From: Eukaryota sp. GEM-RC1
Lineage: Eukaryota
Reading direction: 5' to 3'
Assembly: GCA_040285855.1 (NCBI GenBank)
Contig: JAUFOQ010000006.1
Span: forward strand, 2,170,001-2,234,000
DNA length: 64,000 nt
The notes under the pieces were generated by a model, which was given only the letters and a program-made list of their open reading frames with translations, searched no databases and was not told where the DNA came from. Made by a program: the position numbers and the translations under genes. Shown here in pieces: positions 24,621 to 38,029 of the stretch; position 1 is the first letter of the stretch; each line of letters starts with the position of its first letter.

Positions 24621-26305
24621 CTACTTGTTATGAAAACTCATCTCCTCAACTTCTTTTCTAAATTTTGGAAATTCGGGAATATATTTTTTGTAAGTATTTA
24701 ATCCCGATGGAGAAGACTTTTCAACACGCCAATACTTCGACCAACAACTATGAATAGAATAATACTTCTCAGAATTCAAATCACCATGTTGACTAGCAAA
24801 ATGAACTACTGAAAAAGCTTCATTATACTCCGATGGAATGAAGTAGAATTGCTCCTTCAGTCTAAAGTAAGCCATCATGCTTTCTTGTTCACCGTGAGTC
24901 AACCAATTCCTGTTCTTTCTAAAGTAATGGAAACCTGCCATTGCTGGTAGCTTGTTCATAGACCAATCAACAAAATCATCAAAGATTGGTGACGATACGA
25001 TTAATCCTGTATTAAAAGGAATGTTCAAGTTCACGTCATGAGTTCCAAGTACTGACTCTTTAGGAACATTTATGTCAAAAAGATGATCAAAAGACTTTTG
25101 GATAAAGAGATCAAAATCCAGGAATATAAACCGATCTATTGGTTTTTCCTTTGGCAGAAAGTCGTTGATTTTCATCAAATAGTAACACTTAGCAACATAG
25201 GGAGCTCTAAAATACGTGGCACCTCTAAAAATGTAGGCTCCTGGCCATTTTACTTTCTTCTTAAAACCAATAACTTCAACATCAAGATTATACTTATCAT
25301 TTAAAAGAGAATGAAATCCATCTTGACATTGATCTTCTACTAGTAGAATGATTCGTCGTTGAGAATACTTTCGAATTTGAAAAACAGATTGAACAACATA
25401 GCCTAGAAAGTTTGCAGTTAACAATTTAAAATTACAAGGTTTCGTATCAGATTCACCTAAGTGTATGAATACGTAAGCAGTCCTGTCAATCTCATACACT
25501 TGACTGCCATACAGCTCATCCTCATAAAACACCTTGATTGGCTTTAAATTCTGTCTGTCATCAATCTCAGCTTGATAAATCACGTCATGCGAGTAATGGA
25601 GTGGAGCAAAAGGACCTCCATGATTGACTGTAGTTGGATCTCCAATAGTGGAAAGAAAAGATGACTTTGCAAAGGGCAAATGTTTCTTGTTTAAATCATC
25701 AGGAATATTGAGAGGAGCCGTGCTAAGGATTACCCAAGCCCCATGGCCAAAGTCATGCTTGGCAGTTGAGTTTGGAGGCATTGACTCTAGAGTTTTGGAG
25801 AAGAGAGAAACGAAACGAGGTCGTACCATGGCTAAATGGTCACTGACAATGACGATATAGTCAGTTTCAAAATCTTGTGGATGAAGAGTGGTCTTTGAAG
25901 CAGAAGAAATGACGTTGGTGGAGTACCCCATGCGGTTAAACGTGAGGTAGGTTTTGGTTGACTTTGATCCAATAATATTAAAGACAGGATCAACACGAGA
26001 TGGAGTTTTCGGAGGCTCTATGGGTTCTTTAGGTTTGGGTTCTTTAGGAGGAGTAGGTTTTGAAGGCTTAGGGGGAGTGGGATCTAGAGGGGGCGAGGGT
26101 GGAGTATCAGGAGTGGATGATGGTTGGACAGGATCAGGAACGGAGGAGCTGGTCCATTTTTGAAGAGGTCAGAAGATTCTGTGATCAGAGTAGTAGGTGT
26201 GAAGATGAGTAGAAAGAGAACTGTCAGAATAAGGAAGAAGAGAAGGGTTCGTCGCCGACGTCTAGACTGTTGAAGTGTCAGACGACGTCCAAGATGGAGA
26301 GGCAT
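24621..26305 (-). CDS. Type II membrane glycosyltransferase, GT8-like (GT-A fold), with Pro-rich stem; one frameshift (~26160)
   Basis: Basic N-tail plus TM helix (ORF 26084..26305). A -1 shift in an A run leads through 'PSPPLDPTPPKPSKPTPPKEPKP' in frame to ORF 24621..25931, which has 'RFIFLDFDL' (DxD), 'FNTGLIV' and 'GEQESM'. Confidence 0.8.
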
Positions 26306-26478
26306 TGAAAGTCGTTTTTAGCTTTTCTTTTTACAAAAATCCAGTCATCTGGTTGGCATGGCATCCCAATGATTGAAACAGTACAACCCAAACAAGGCAA
26401 AGTTCCAACAAGAAACTAATTACGATTGGTTAGCATCCAGTTTTTCCAAAGATAAACTATAATTTTTTGCCGGCACAA

Positions 26479-29400
26479 ATGCTGCCTTCATTCTTAACCA
26501 GTCCATCTGATCTACCGTATGATATTGCCCAAACCAATTCAACGTGGACAATCTCAAGAAGTACCGTTCATGAGTTGTTGGATTCATCTAACCCTGATCT
26601 GTTACGCTTCCCTCTTCTTATAGATGACCTTGACCAAGGCGTCGTAGACTGCTTGGCTACTATTCTCAATCATTACACCGATCACATGAACTCCCATCCA
26701 TCAAGTGAGTTTGCTGATGTTCAATCTTTCATGGGTAAACTGCAGTGGATCATCTTTTATAGCTTGAAAAGGATTGATGACATCATCAGTACGTGCGAAA
26801 AGGGTACCAAAAAACCACCAGTCTCACTTAGAAACAAATGCACGATACTCAAGGAAAACTTTCTCAAAATGATGACAGAAACTGTGGATATGCTAAAGTC
26901 TGGCGGCTTTTGTAATGATGATGGGTATGAAGAATTCGAAATGTTTTTGAAACAAATTTTGGCCAATTATTTGTCAACTAAATCAAATCTACAAAAGGCC
27001 TCCACAACTAGCTTACTGGTATCATTTGTATTGGCTTGTATTGAAACAAACGACAACATATCGTGGATATTCACTGTTGCAGGCAGTTCCAATGCAAATG
27101 CTTCAATTCTTGGTGGAATTGTTGGGCAGCTTCGTCCATTATTGAGATCTCATTTGTTTACAAGTCTATTTGAAACATGTATCGACAGTGCAGACAAACT
27201 AATTGAATTAGCCAATCTGGTCTCTGTCCTCGCCCTTGAATCTGAGAGTTATTCCTTTGTTGCCCAGACTACTGTACAATTTATTGATCATGTTGTGGCT
27301 CTTGCACGTACTGGAAAAAGAGTGGGAGTACGGACTGCATGTGTCAGTGCAATTGTAAACATCATCAAATGTAATTACGATACTGAATTGATGGCAATCT
27401 TTTGTACTTTCGTCAATGACAAAGATTCATCCGTTCGAATGATTGTACTCAACTCTTTAGTTGATATCTATCAATCAGTTTCTGAAAAGAAGTTGTCCGA
27501 GTCACTTTATGTCAAACTAATTGACCTCGCATTAGCCTTTATGAACAGAGATCAGGGGTGGAAAAGGACGTCAAAAGGCAGTTGATATCGTCATCAATTT
27601 GATTGAGATTAATCCGTACCGAAGGAAACTTCCCTTTCCCAATGAAGCAGAAATTTCTCATATCAAGAAGTCTTTATCTGATTTGGCAAGTAAAGCTCAA
27701 CAATGGAGAGATAATCTGCAGTCAAGATCTCCATCACAAGTTGATTTTGATGCTCTTATTCGTCAGTTTGGTCTACTTCCATTGAATGTTCAAATGAATT
27801 ACAACTCTATTGATGGATGTTTGGCTTTAATTGAAAATACTGAATTTGATTCCAATCTGCTCCAATCTGACAAATTCGATGAAGAACTTCTACCAGGTCA
27901 GTGGCTTAGCCAAAAGTTCTTTGATGATCAACGAAGTGACATTCAACAGCTGTTGGACTTCCGTCAGAAATTAACTGCAGAACTGTTGCCACTACTTTTG
28001 AACAGTGTCTCTAATCTGATACAAAGAGTTGATGATCAATCACATCAAATTGACAGTCACCTTCTCACAATTTCAAAGCTATTTGTGCAAATGAATTTTC
28101 CAGTATCATCACTGCTATCTCTATTTCCCTCTTCATATTTCACTGATTCCCAAACAAGACTAGAAGTATTTGGCTATTTGGTGTTTGGTGTACAGTTTTC
28201 AAGTGATCAGAACAACAATTATGGTCCAATGATAGCTCACAGATTGTGGACATTGTGTGCTAATTCCAATTGTGTTGCACTCATTAATCGTCATTTAACC
28301 AACATGTCTGCAGTTAACTCTATATCTATTGACAGCTTAAATACTGCTGCACAGTCACTTTGTAGGAGAATATTTTCTCTTTCAAATCAAGTACTGTCTG
28401 TTTGTACTGGAGACAACAGAATGTTGGAAGATCAACTTGTTCAACTAATGAGCACTACTACTGCTTTAAGAATGCTTGCAAAATTCCCGTTGACTTTGAT
28501 CACAAGAGAAGTAACATTACAATTTATTAAAATTATTGCTGGATTCTTAAACTTTGATAACAATACTGATTTAAATCACCTGAATTCACCATCGACTAAT
28601 GTACTCAATGGTTTCCTGCAATGCACATCAGAATTTGTTCTCAAGACCTCTAAAGAAGATCAACAATTTTTAGTCCCCTTTTTCTATCAGTTTTTAAGCA
28701 AACACTGTTTGAAACTCGTTCTGTACTTTAACTGTGGACAATCAATTGTAAACAGTCTTGCTAAAGAGTGCTATCCAATAGAAAAAACGCGACGACTTTT
28801 GTATTTTATTTGCAATTCATTTGATTGTTGGTTGGAAAACAATGAGTGTATACTTCCAACATCACAAATGTGTTTCTTCGCTCAATTTTTAGCCGCTTTT
28901 TCTGGTTTTGAAAGAGGAGTCATCACAAAAGAAATCGAATCCAATACTAATGAAAGAGCAAATGATAACGTGACTGATTACATGTCAGGAAACAAGTATT
29001 CTGAAGCACTTCTCAAAGCCAGAAATTCCCTATTATCAGTGATTGGAAATCCCAATGGTCTTTTAGGAAGGTATGTCGCTGTTTTAAAATCAGTCCTTCC
29101 TAAAGCAAGTGACACGTCACATTCGACATTGATTCATGGACTTACTCAGATAATGCTACTGGATGACACGCAGCACACTGAGTTGTCATTAATACTTATA
29201 AATGGAGTTGTTACTTGTCCAGAAGCTGCGATTCCAACTTATTTAGAGTGTTTATCGGAATTTATTTGCAATTCATCAATTTGTAATTTAACTCATCAAA
29301 TTGCCAAAGTGTTTGCATTTGTAGTTAATCATTCTGATTACGAAACAAGAAAAACAGCTCTGACTGTTGGGGGACGATTGATTTCTAACTGTTTGATCCC

Positions 29401-29982
29401 CTTTCAACCTTTATTGAGTATTCTGTGTTCTTTGATTGAAGATGATGATGACTACATTGTTGCCCGCTTAAAGCAGTTGGTCAGAATCATTTGGAAAAGT
29501 TCAAAAGAGGAAAGTCTGCTGTCGAGGCAGCTATTTTGAATCTTATTTCGTCGGGAATGTGTCGTGGTTCAATCACATTGATTGAAACTGTTGATTGGAC
29601 AAAAGCTTCTTCATCTGGACTGTCTAATGTATTACTATCACAAATTGCACTGGGAAAAGAAGATAGCTTTTGTGAAGCTTTTGCTTCACTCCCGTTTTCG
29701 TTGAAAGTTCTGGCCAAGATGAACAGTTTGTTGGTTTTAGATGAATTCAAAAATGAACTTAAGAAATTCGACCAGTCATCAATCACAAGTTTGGTGTCTT
29801 GGTTAAAGAAGGCAAAGGGTTCTGAGAGTCAAAAGGCCAATGAAGTTGCAGATAAAATTGATGAATGCGTAAGAAGAAGGAAAAAGAAAGTAAACAGACC
29901 AGAAAATCTAATGGACGATGAAGATTTATTTGACGAAAACTTTTTAAAAAATCTACCAACATTTAATAAAGTGTTGGAGTAA
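26479..29982 (+). CDS. Condensin HEAT subunit CAP-D2/Cnd1-like; two frameshifts (~27563, ~29491)
   Basis: 'FVNDKDSSVRMIVLNSL', reconstructed 'DQGWKGRQKAVDIVINLIEINPY', and 'SDYETRKTALTVGGRLISNCLI...LCSLIEDDDDYI' (Cnd1-like). Confidence 0.65.
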
Positions 29983-30025
29983 GATCAAAACACAAACATA
30001 AATTATAACAAATGAATAAAACAAA

Positions 30026-33000
30026 CTACTGTTGAACTGCTAAATGCAAAAGTCTCAGACAATCTCTCCATCTATGATCGACTAACAACTTTTCCGATAA
30101 CATTGTAATGGTGTCAGGTTTAGGAACTACATCTTCAGGAACTTGTAGTAGAGCTAGATGAGTTATTGAGTTTTTAGCTATATTAATGATTTCTTCATCA
30201 GATTTTTGCAATGGATAATACGAAATAAAGTTATCCAACATTGCACTTTGCTCTAGCACTCCAGTCAAAAATGATTGATGGTCACACTCAAAGCCCAAGG
30301 CCGCGTGAATAGAGATCAGTTCTATGGCTAATGCCACGAAATTTGCAGCATTGCTCTTCCGTTCGACTAAACTTATACTAGTATCATGCATGCAATCAGT
30401 GGCGTGACCGATTGCAGCTGAAAGAAGATCTGGTAAATCAAGACTGTCACTATTCGGAGGTAGTAATCGTCGTTGAATCTCGAAATATTTAAATTGATTG
30501 GCGATACGATCATTTTTGACTTCTAAAAGTTGATTGGCAATCACTCCGATAGCAGCAAATGAGTGTCTTGCAGAGACGTCATATTCATCGTGAGTTGTCA
30601 CGTCTGCTAAAGTGTTACAAACACCGAAATAATCCTTTCTTTTCAATAGAACAGTCCATTTTAAAATTGGTTGATTTTTCAAAAATCCTGACAATGACGC
30701 TTGGGCTTCTGAATACTGATCTAGCTCAATAATACGTTTGAACTGACGTTTTTCAAATAAATAGTGGATCAACTGGTCAACAAATTCAGTATTAAAAGTT
30801 TTAATATAATCAGAGCACTTGACAGCATTGTCACCTTCAAAAATTGCCAAAAAATTAAATAATTTGTGATGAATACATATTGGCACAACATTAACGTGAA
30901 TGGTTGTTCTAATTTTAGAATTTTCAATATTGACATAAGTTTCAGCAAGTGGATCCAAAACTGTCGACCGTTGAGACGAATCAAGGGAAACTAGCACGTC
31001 ACAGAGACCAGAAAATGATTGAATCAGGCCAATTAGAGATTCTCCGAGTTCAATTTGATTTTTCTCCACACCAAATATATTATTTTTTAAAATATTTCCA
31101 ACTGAAGAATGAAGAATCTTTAGATCAGAAATGATTTGACGTTCTTGAAACCAAAAGGGAACTTCTCGTTTCAAACAACTTTCAATTAATCCTTGAAGGA
31201 CAACTGATTCAATCAAACAGAAAAGTTGTTGCTCCTCTAGAGATTGATTGTCAATTACTTTGGTCATTTTTGAAATATAGGGAAAAATTTCGAGTAAAAG
31301 GGAAGGTTTTCCAAAAAGTACTCACGATCAGAAACAATCTGATTTGATTGTCTTTTGACGTACGATAAAAAATTCGAGAAGAAACTGGAAGAAATCTTTG
31401 AAACATCAGGATTCTTAGCCAAATGAAGAGCAGCTTCCAATAGATCAATCAACTGTAGAGTTTCGTGTGGTAAGGAAATTCCCGACAAATCAGTGTAGAC
31501 ATATGCAATCACTGAAACACAATCAAGTTTCTCCGCCAAAAAGTCGACGCTAACGACAATTTAGCGCCTAATTCTGACCAATATACAGGATCTGAATCGG
31601 TAATGATTTGAATAGAATTAGAGAAAGAATTTTGAATTTCAGCTTCAGACAGGGGACGAGTTGACAAGAACTTTTGAACTTGTCCCATCAAATGGAGCTC
31701 ATCTCGTTGTTGACTTCCCTTGACTGAGCTCATTATCACGTCAACAAGCTCAGAATGACCACTAATGACGACTTCACTTCTGGCAATAGTATCTGAAATA
31801 TTTTTGAGTTCTAAAACTGCAACGACGGAATCCAATCCAATCAAAAATGATTGATCTGTGTAAAACTCCGTGAAATGATTGATTGTCAGCTGCGATGAGA
31901 CAATTTCCAGAGAATAATTAGTAAGATGAGGATTTAGACCAATCAAAAAACACGCAGAACCAATAGAGATCAATCCATGACGTAACCGGGGGTCAAATAC
32001 ACAAGAAACTGACTTATTCGGTGCTATTGCTTCTGAAAACTTTCGAAGAGCTGTCAGAATTAACTTGTCGCGAAGTTCAAGACAAATGATTTGTTTTTCA
32101 CTTTTAAAGAAAGTCAACAAAAGTCCTGAATCGTGAGCTGATAACGTGACAGGACCTTCTACGGTACCTTGAATAGCGATAGGTACATAATTACCCCTGA
32201 GTTCAGACCGAAACTCTGATTTAACCATCAGATTTGATTGATTGATGACTATGACGTCGCCGTTTCCATCAAGGATATAGTATTCTGACTCTGATTTAAC
32301 TGAGTGAGAAATATCTATAATTCTTCCACATAAAGGTGTCACAACACTGGAGGTCTGTTTGGAAAGTCCAACAAATTTGGAAAATTTAAAAAATGACGAC
32401 GTTGAAGGAGAGAAATACGATAGAGACAGAGTGGAAAAATCAAATCGGGCAACTTTCCCATTAGAAAATCCAATCACGACAGAATCTGATTGATTGATCC
32501 TCATAACGGAAGGTTCATCGGCACACTCAATAAATGAGGAAACCTTCCGATTAAAAGGCAAACAAGTTCCATTGAGAGAAGCCTCAAAAGACCAATATTA
32601 AAACCATTTAAACAAGGAGATATAACTGCTAGTTGGACAACCTTAGTAGATCCAATAGAAACTAATCGGGGAGAGCAAATAGTTGTGGGAGAGATAGAAA
32701 CTGTAGCAGAATGTTGAGGAGAATCAAGAGACCAGCAGATGAAGGCGTCTTGTGTGTGAATGTAGGCAGCAGCGACTTTAGAAGTAGCGGATCTAGAGGA
32801 GAAAGAGATAAATCCTGATTGCTTTGAGTTTTTAAATGCTTCAGAGACCAAGATTGGGACATTGGACTTCGTTGATACATGAAAAGTACCAGTATCAGCA
32901 AGAGTTGAAGTTAATTGGGGAGCTCGTTTTGGAGTAAGAGGGACTCGTTGGCCGAAAGAAGATTGCTGGAAGGATCTACGAGACGATACTGGTGTTGAAT

Positions 33001-33034
33001 ATCCTCCTCTTCTTTTGGCAATGGGAGTGAACAT
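30026..33034 (-). CDS. NUP133: Nucleoporin Nup133-like; three single-base deletions (~32600, ~31540, ~31300)
   Basis: N-terminal 'MFTPIAKRR..STP', a beta-propeller region, then a helical region with 'LSGFLKNQPILKWTVLLKRKDY..VCNTL'. Four consecutive ORFs, each joined by a -1 shift. Confidence 0.6.
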
Positions 33035-33053
33035 TTTGAAGTTGGAAAATCTA

Positions 33054-33903
33054 ATGACATGTTTCCGACAGCTCTTCCACCAGGAGCTTGCTTCCATAGG
33101 AACAACTGATCCTCTAAAACCCTCTTACTTTCCCGAGTCCTCAGAATCTGACGAATGTTCTTGTTCTGAAACTTTATCAATTACACAGTCCACCCTCAGT
33201 GATGATTTCCTTTCAATTCTTTCTTCTTCTCTAGGACCTTCTCAGTGCTTACAGACCATTAGACTTTCGAACTGCTCTTTTTCCCTTCCAGCCTTCTCCA
33301 ATCTCTGTTCTGCCATCCCAAACTCTAATTTGTCTTGTCTTTGTCTTGATGTTGTATCCATGACAAATGTTGATCTCCTTGAACCTCTCATTTCTCTTCT
33401 TCAAGCTCCATCACCTCTTAAATTCCTCTCTCTGCGATGCTGTGACATCTCTCAATCACCTTCTTTTGATGATTTGTTACAGTCTTTAAGAATCAACAAG
33501 ACTCTTTCAGCTCTATCATTGTTTGGAAATAATTTAACCCAAAAATCAGCTCATTTGATCTCTATTCTACGTGGCCAATGCTCTCTTTCCTATCTTGACT
33601 TGTCACATTGTTATCTGTCAAAATCTGACGTTATCACTGTTTTGAAAGAGTTTCAACCAAGATCATGTTCTGACCAAGATAGAACTGAAATCGAACAAGC
33701 ATTGAAACTAAAGAAGAAGAAGAAAAATCCAATCTGATGAGGGTCCAAAACTACCTTCCCTTCTTGAAAATGGATTGATGACGGGAAATTCTTCTGTAGT
33801 CAAGCTTCTAATCAGTGGAAACGTCATTGATGATGAGGTTGTAAGTTTGATTGACGAAATATCTAACGCGGAATCAGCTTTAAATGAAGTAGTTTACAAA
33901 TGA
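33054..33903 (+). CDS. RI-type leucine-rich repeat protein (LRRC71-like); frameshift in A run at ~33723-33727
   Basis: 'LKFLSLRCCDI', 'NKTLSALSLFGNNL' and 'LSYLDLSHCYL'. The +1 frame continues 'GNSSVVKLLISGNVIDDE' to TGA at 33903. Confidence 0.7.
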
Positions 33904-34059
33904 ATGAGTTTTTTCTAAGATCAATTATGTATTTTAATTCCTCTTAATCTAGTGATGCATTTGCCAATTTCACTGTGTATATTAACAATTAATTCAAAAG
34001 AATTTTGCCTAAAACGACTGTTAAATTAAATAAACGAAACTAATAAAAACTACTATAAA

Positions 34060-35172
34060 CTAACTACTTCTTTTCCTAGATGCATTAGCATTGATACCCA
34101 GACCTACCTTAGGAACTGAACTAAAAGCCGCTGGATTAACTCCACCTGCTATAAAAGCCATCTCATCTGTTAAAGGTGCAGGCTTACAGTTCTTCTTCTT
34201 CTTCCTCATAGCCATCTTCAGTTGATCCTCTCTAACGATAACATTCTCAGCATTTCTACCAGCCTTGGGTAACGGTAGAGGATACTTAGTCCCCTTCAGT
34301 CTAGGTTTAAACACGAACTTCTTGGGAAGTCTGGCGATCCCGTCTCTTCCCACCACTAGACCCACTCTAATTAGAGAGTCATTACCACACTTTGGACAGA
34401 AGACCTTCTCCATCTCCCTAGTTGGAGATCTACAAGCAGAACAGACTAAGCAGGAGACCTTGACAGAGTTGATTCTTCTGGCACTTGTGGAGACTACAGG
34501 GATGTTCATGTGCATTAAGAGATTCTGTAGGGCGTAATCCTGAGTCATAACTGCAACATCGAGTTGTTTAGCTTGGTTGGAGGACGCAGGGGTTTCCTCA
34601 GTTTCAGGTCCGATCCAGCCATCTTCAGAGTCCATATCAGAAGAGGACGAAGAGTCTTCAGGTTCTACTGCTTCAGGAATGACTATCGATTCAGAGGAAG
34701 GTTGGGGTTGACGTTTCTTTTTTGACTTCTTGGGCAAAGTGGATGGTACAGTAGCCCAACCATCGTCATCAACAGACTCTTTCTTCTTCTTAGAAGCTCT
34801 GGATTTGATTTTAGAAGAGAGATCGATTTGAGGAATGGAAGGGGTGGGTTTGAGGACTTTGGGACAATGTTGTTGCATAAGTTTGACAGCAAGAGAAGCT
34901 AGTAAGACATCAGCAGGAGCTAAGCTGGCCAAGTCACCAGTAATTGTAGCAGCGTTTCTCACGATTGCAATGGATTCGTTATCTGGTTCGTCTGTGATAA
35001 TATCACCTAGGAGAGTTTGGATGCCAGCAGACAATTGCTCACGAGATTCACGATCACGGATTTCAGAAAGAATAGCATTACAAGTTATAAGTGAATCAGA
35101 GTAAGAATGAAGCTGAATGTGTGGTTGTAGAAGGATATTCGTATCCAACAATAGATGCTTTATTGGCTTCAT
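34060..35172 (-). CDS. NOB1: 20S pre-rRNA D-site endonuclease NOB1
   Basis: PIN domain 'HLLLDTN', 'TGDLASLA.AD', 'EDGWIGP', 'MTQDYALQNLL', zinc ribbon 'CSAC...FCPKCGN' and 'GTKYPLP'. The start is placed at MKPIKH; the ORF extends to 35262. Confidence 0.93.
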   Translation of the reverse strand: MKPIKHLLLDTNILLQPHIQLHSYSDSLITCNAILSEIRDRESREQLSAGIQTLLGDIITDEPDNESIAIVRNAATITGDLASLAPADVLLASLAVKLMQQHCPKVLKPTPSIPQIDLSSKIKSRASKKKKESVDDDGWATVPSTLPKKSKKKRQPQPSSESIVIPEAVEPEDSSSSSDMDSEDGWIGPETEETPASSNQAKQLDVAVMTQDYALQNLLMHMNIPVVSTSARRINSVKVSCLVCSACRSPTREMEKVFCPKCGNDSLIRVGLVVGRDGIARLPKKFVFKPRLKGTKYPLPLPKAGRNAENVIVREDQLKMAMRKKKKNCKPAPLTDEMAFIAGGVNPAAFSSVPKVGLGINANASRKRSS

Positions 35173-35224
35173 CAAAGATGAGAGGAATTGATCTTCAGAA
35201 AATGTCTCTTCATTACAGTCTTCA

Positions 35225-36190
35225 ATGCACCGAAACATAGCAAAATGTGCATCTTCACTCATGATGATTCACTCTCAGTCTCTTTCTAAACGGAAAGGCA
35301 AAAGACCTAAACAAAAACCTACCAAACCTATTGAAGATCCAAATAAAAATACTGAGGAGTGGAAAACAGCCAAAACTCAGGCTGTTAATCGTAATGTAAG
35401 CCATTCTGCTGATTGTTCCATCTGCTTGGAGCCTCTTTTCGACCTTCAAAACCCCTCTATCAGTGTTAACTCTGTCTCACTACTACTTTGCTCCCATGTT
35501 TTCCACAGTTCTTGTATCAACTCATTCGAACGGGTCTCTGGAACCTCTTCATGTCCTCTCTGCCGGCAACACTACACTGAAAAACTCAATCACTTTGATC
35601 CATCCCTTCACTACAAAACCATTTGCGCCATCAAACTCCAGGCTCTTTTCAGAGGTTCTCTCAGTCGATGGGCTTACAGAAGAACTCTCAAACAGACCTC
35701 TAAGTTACCTCCTAATCAAGCTAGAGAGTTTATTTATCAAGAACTTTCTTCTATTTCAGATAAGTACTTTACCGACATCTACAGTCACCGTTCTCAAGTT
35801 GATTCTTTGTTGGAAGATATTGACCGAAGTATTAGCTTGCAACGTACAGTTTTGAGAAATGCAATGAAACAGATGAATAATGTTCATCACGAGGTTGATT
35901 GGTCCTTGATTTATTCTGAGCTAGCCTCCCGTCATCAACTTTCCCATTCAAATTCCACTTTCAATGATACTTGCCCTATTTGTTTAAATGATTTGTCTGT
36001 CACGTTTAAATTAGACCGAAGATCTGGAAAATGGAAACTCTTTTCCAAGAACAAGATTTGTGCTCTCACTGATTGCAAGCACTTACTTCATGATACTTGT
36101 TTGTCTTCCTTTGAAAAGCTTGGTTGTTCCTTCATCAATTGTCCAGTGTGTCGGTCTGTCTATAACAAAATAAAACTCCCCTTGGAGTAG
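35225..36190 (+). CDS. RNF32: Double RING-H2 plus IQ-motif protein, RNF32-like
   Basis: Two RINGs (CSICLE...CSHVFHSSCINSFE...CPLCR and CPICL...CKHLLHDTCLSSFE...CPVCRSVY) separated by IQ 'AIKLQALFRG'. Confidence 0.8.
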   Translation: MHRNIAKCASSLMMIHSQSLSKRKGKRPKQKPTKPIEDPNKNTEEWKTAKTQAVNRNVSHSADCSICLEPLFDLQNPSISVNSVSLLLCSHVFHSSCINSFERVSGTSSCPLCRQHYTEKLNHFDPSLHYKTICAIKLQALFRGSLSRWAYRRTLKQTSKLPPNQAREFIYQELSSISDKYFTDIYSHRSQVDSLLEDIDRSISLQRTVLRNAMKQMNNVHHEVDWSLIYSELASRHQLSHSNSTFNDTCPICLNDLSVTFKLDRRSGKWKLFSKNKICALTDCKHLLHDTCLSSFEKLGCSFINCPVCRSVYNKIKLPLE

Positions 36191-36244
36191 ATAAAACAAT
36201 AAAGAAAAACATTCTATAAATTCGCACTCTAAACAAACTATTAT

Positions 36245-37394
36245 CTACAAATCTGATTGAAAACCACCAACCTCAGCTGCAACAGCTTGTGACAGAAACT
36301 GTAGCTGACTGTCATCAAATGAATCATCACGTGCTGATGACAAAGTTTCTGCTTGAGTCAATGCTGTGGCACATCCAAAGGTCACAAATATGGCATCTCC
36401 ATACTTCTTTTCAGAGTGCCCCATCGTAAATGAATCTGTTTGTCAGTCCTATTAGTAACATATCTACTGACTTCAGACCATCTTCCTTCCCCAATCAAAG
36501 AGACTGCTCGTACCAAAGCCATATCTTCCTCGGCCATCCACCTTCCTTTTCTGATTGAGGGGTTTAAAACCTTTTCCCAATGACGTAGACATTGCTGATC
36601 AGTACGGCCTGGCACGTGTTGAGCGATTAGTTTCCAATTACCAGGCTTATGTACAGCAACTGCTTCTCTCAACAAACGATCCTCCTCGGCAGTCCAAGCT
36701 CCTTTCTTAGACCTTTTCCTGTCAGTATCTCTCTTAGTTTCCTTCATTTCAAAGTCTTCTCCCTTGGCTTTTGCTAAGGCAGGTTTGAGGATACGTTCAT
36801 ATCGATAACGACATTGACTGTCGGTTCTACGAGGAATACCTTTGCAATTTCTTTCCAGTTATCTGTGCCACATACACGAATTCGTTCAAGTAAAAGTCGA
36901 TCCTCGTGTTCACTCCAATGTCCTTTTTTGATTGAAGGGTTGAGCACGCGATTCCAATGACTTCTGATGACTTCTTCCTTTCTACCAAGAACTGAAACAA
37001 GTTTTTTAAAGGCAGCATCTGGACCATCTCTAGCAATGTATTGAAGTACAGTTCTATCTTCCTCGGCACTCCAAGCCTTCCTACCACGAGCAAGTTGACG
37101 TTGAGCAGCTTCAATGTCAGAAATGTCTTCTCCCTTGGTTACAGCGTTCCTAGTTTCAGCTGCTAGTCGAGCACTTGGTTGAAAGGGAGGGAAATGAGTA
37201 GGAGGAGGGATTGAAGCAAAACGAGTGTAGGATTCAGCAGAGGAGTCATTTGGGGCATTGGTGATGAGGGAGGTGAGGAGATGGGCCAGTTCAACGTAGA
37301 GAGCTTCAGGGATGAGTGACGCTAAATCTTGAATTTGTTTACCCTGACTTGTTAGTATTTGGTAGATGGTATTGCTGAGGCAGGGAAGGTTCAT
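36245..37394 (-). CDS. Four-repeat Myb DNA-binding protein; two single-A deletions (~36841, ~36409); may start upstream at 37498
   Basis: Repeats WSAEED.., KKGHWSEHED..W.EIA.GIPRRTDSQCRYRY (reconstructed), KKGAWTAEED..GRTDQQCLRHW and RKGRWMAEED..NRTDKQIHLRW. The C-terminal frame is open to TAG at 36245. Confidence 0.85.
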
Positions 37395-38029
37395 ATCAAG
37401 GTTGGGAATGGCACCAATCGATTGAGCAACGTACGATGGTAATGATCGACGAGGTTGATCGATTGATAAAAAGAGGTCGAAAGTGTATCTCTGTTCATCT
37501 TTAGTGATAAAGAAAGCTGCAATGATACCTCGTTCAAATGGGGGTAACTGTAAACTAAAAGTTCGTAGATATCAACAACAAGAAGATCAGTTACAGTAGA
37601 TACAGTAGATAGATATCAAGTTACATATATACCTACTGCAACCATGCGAGCAGCATGAAAGTCAGGATCTAAGACTAGGAGCATTGCGCACAAATGATGA
37701 AACACATTCAATTGCTATTGTTGCATTCATGATTGCACCCCAAATTCGAGATATCCTCATGTGATAGATCAGACAGTATTGGTTGTTCTTAATTCAGTAT
37801 CACCAATTTTGTAAGGTGTAAGGTTTTGTCATATCACAGAAAAGGCTTATTGTTCATCTATTCTTCATTTTGTGTAGTCAATTAGTCATAGAAAAACCAT
37901 GTTAGATGTGTGTTCATGACCCGTTTTGTTGTAACTTAATTCACAACAGTGTGAGTAGCAGTAATTTTCTTGGTAGTAAATTGAACACTTGCACACAATT
38001 GTAGTTTTCGATAATTAAGAACTGTTTTT

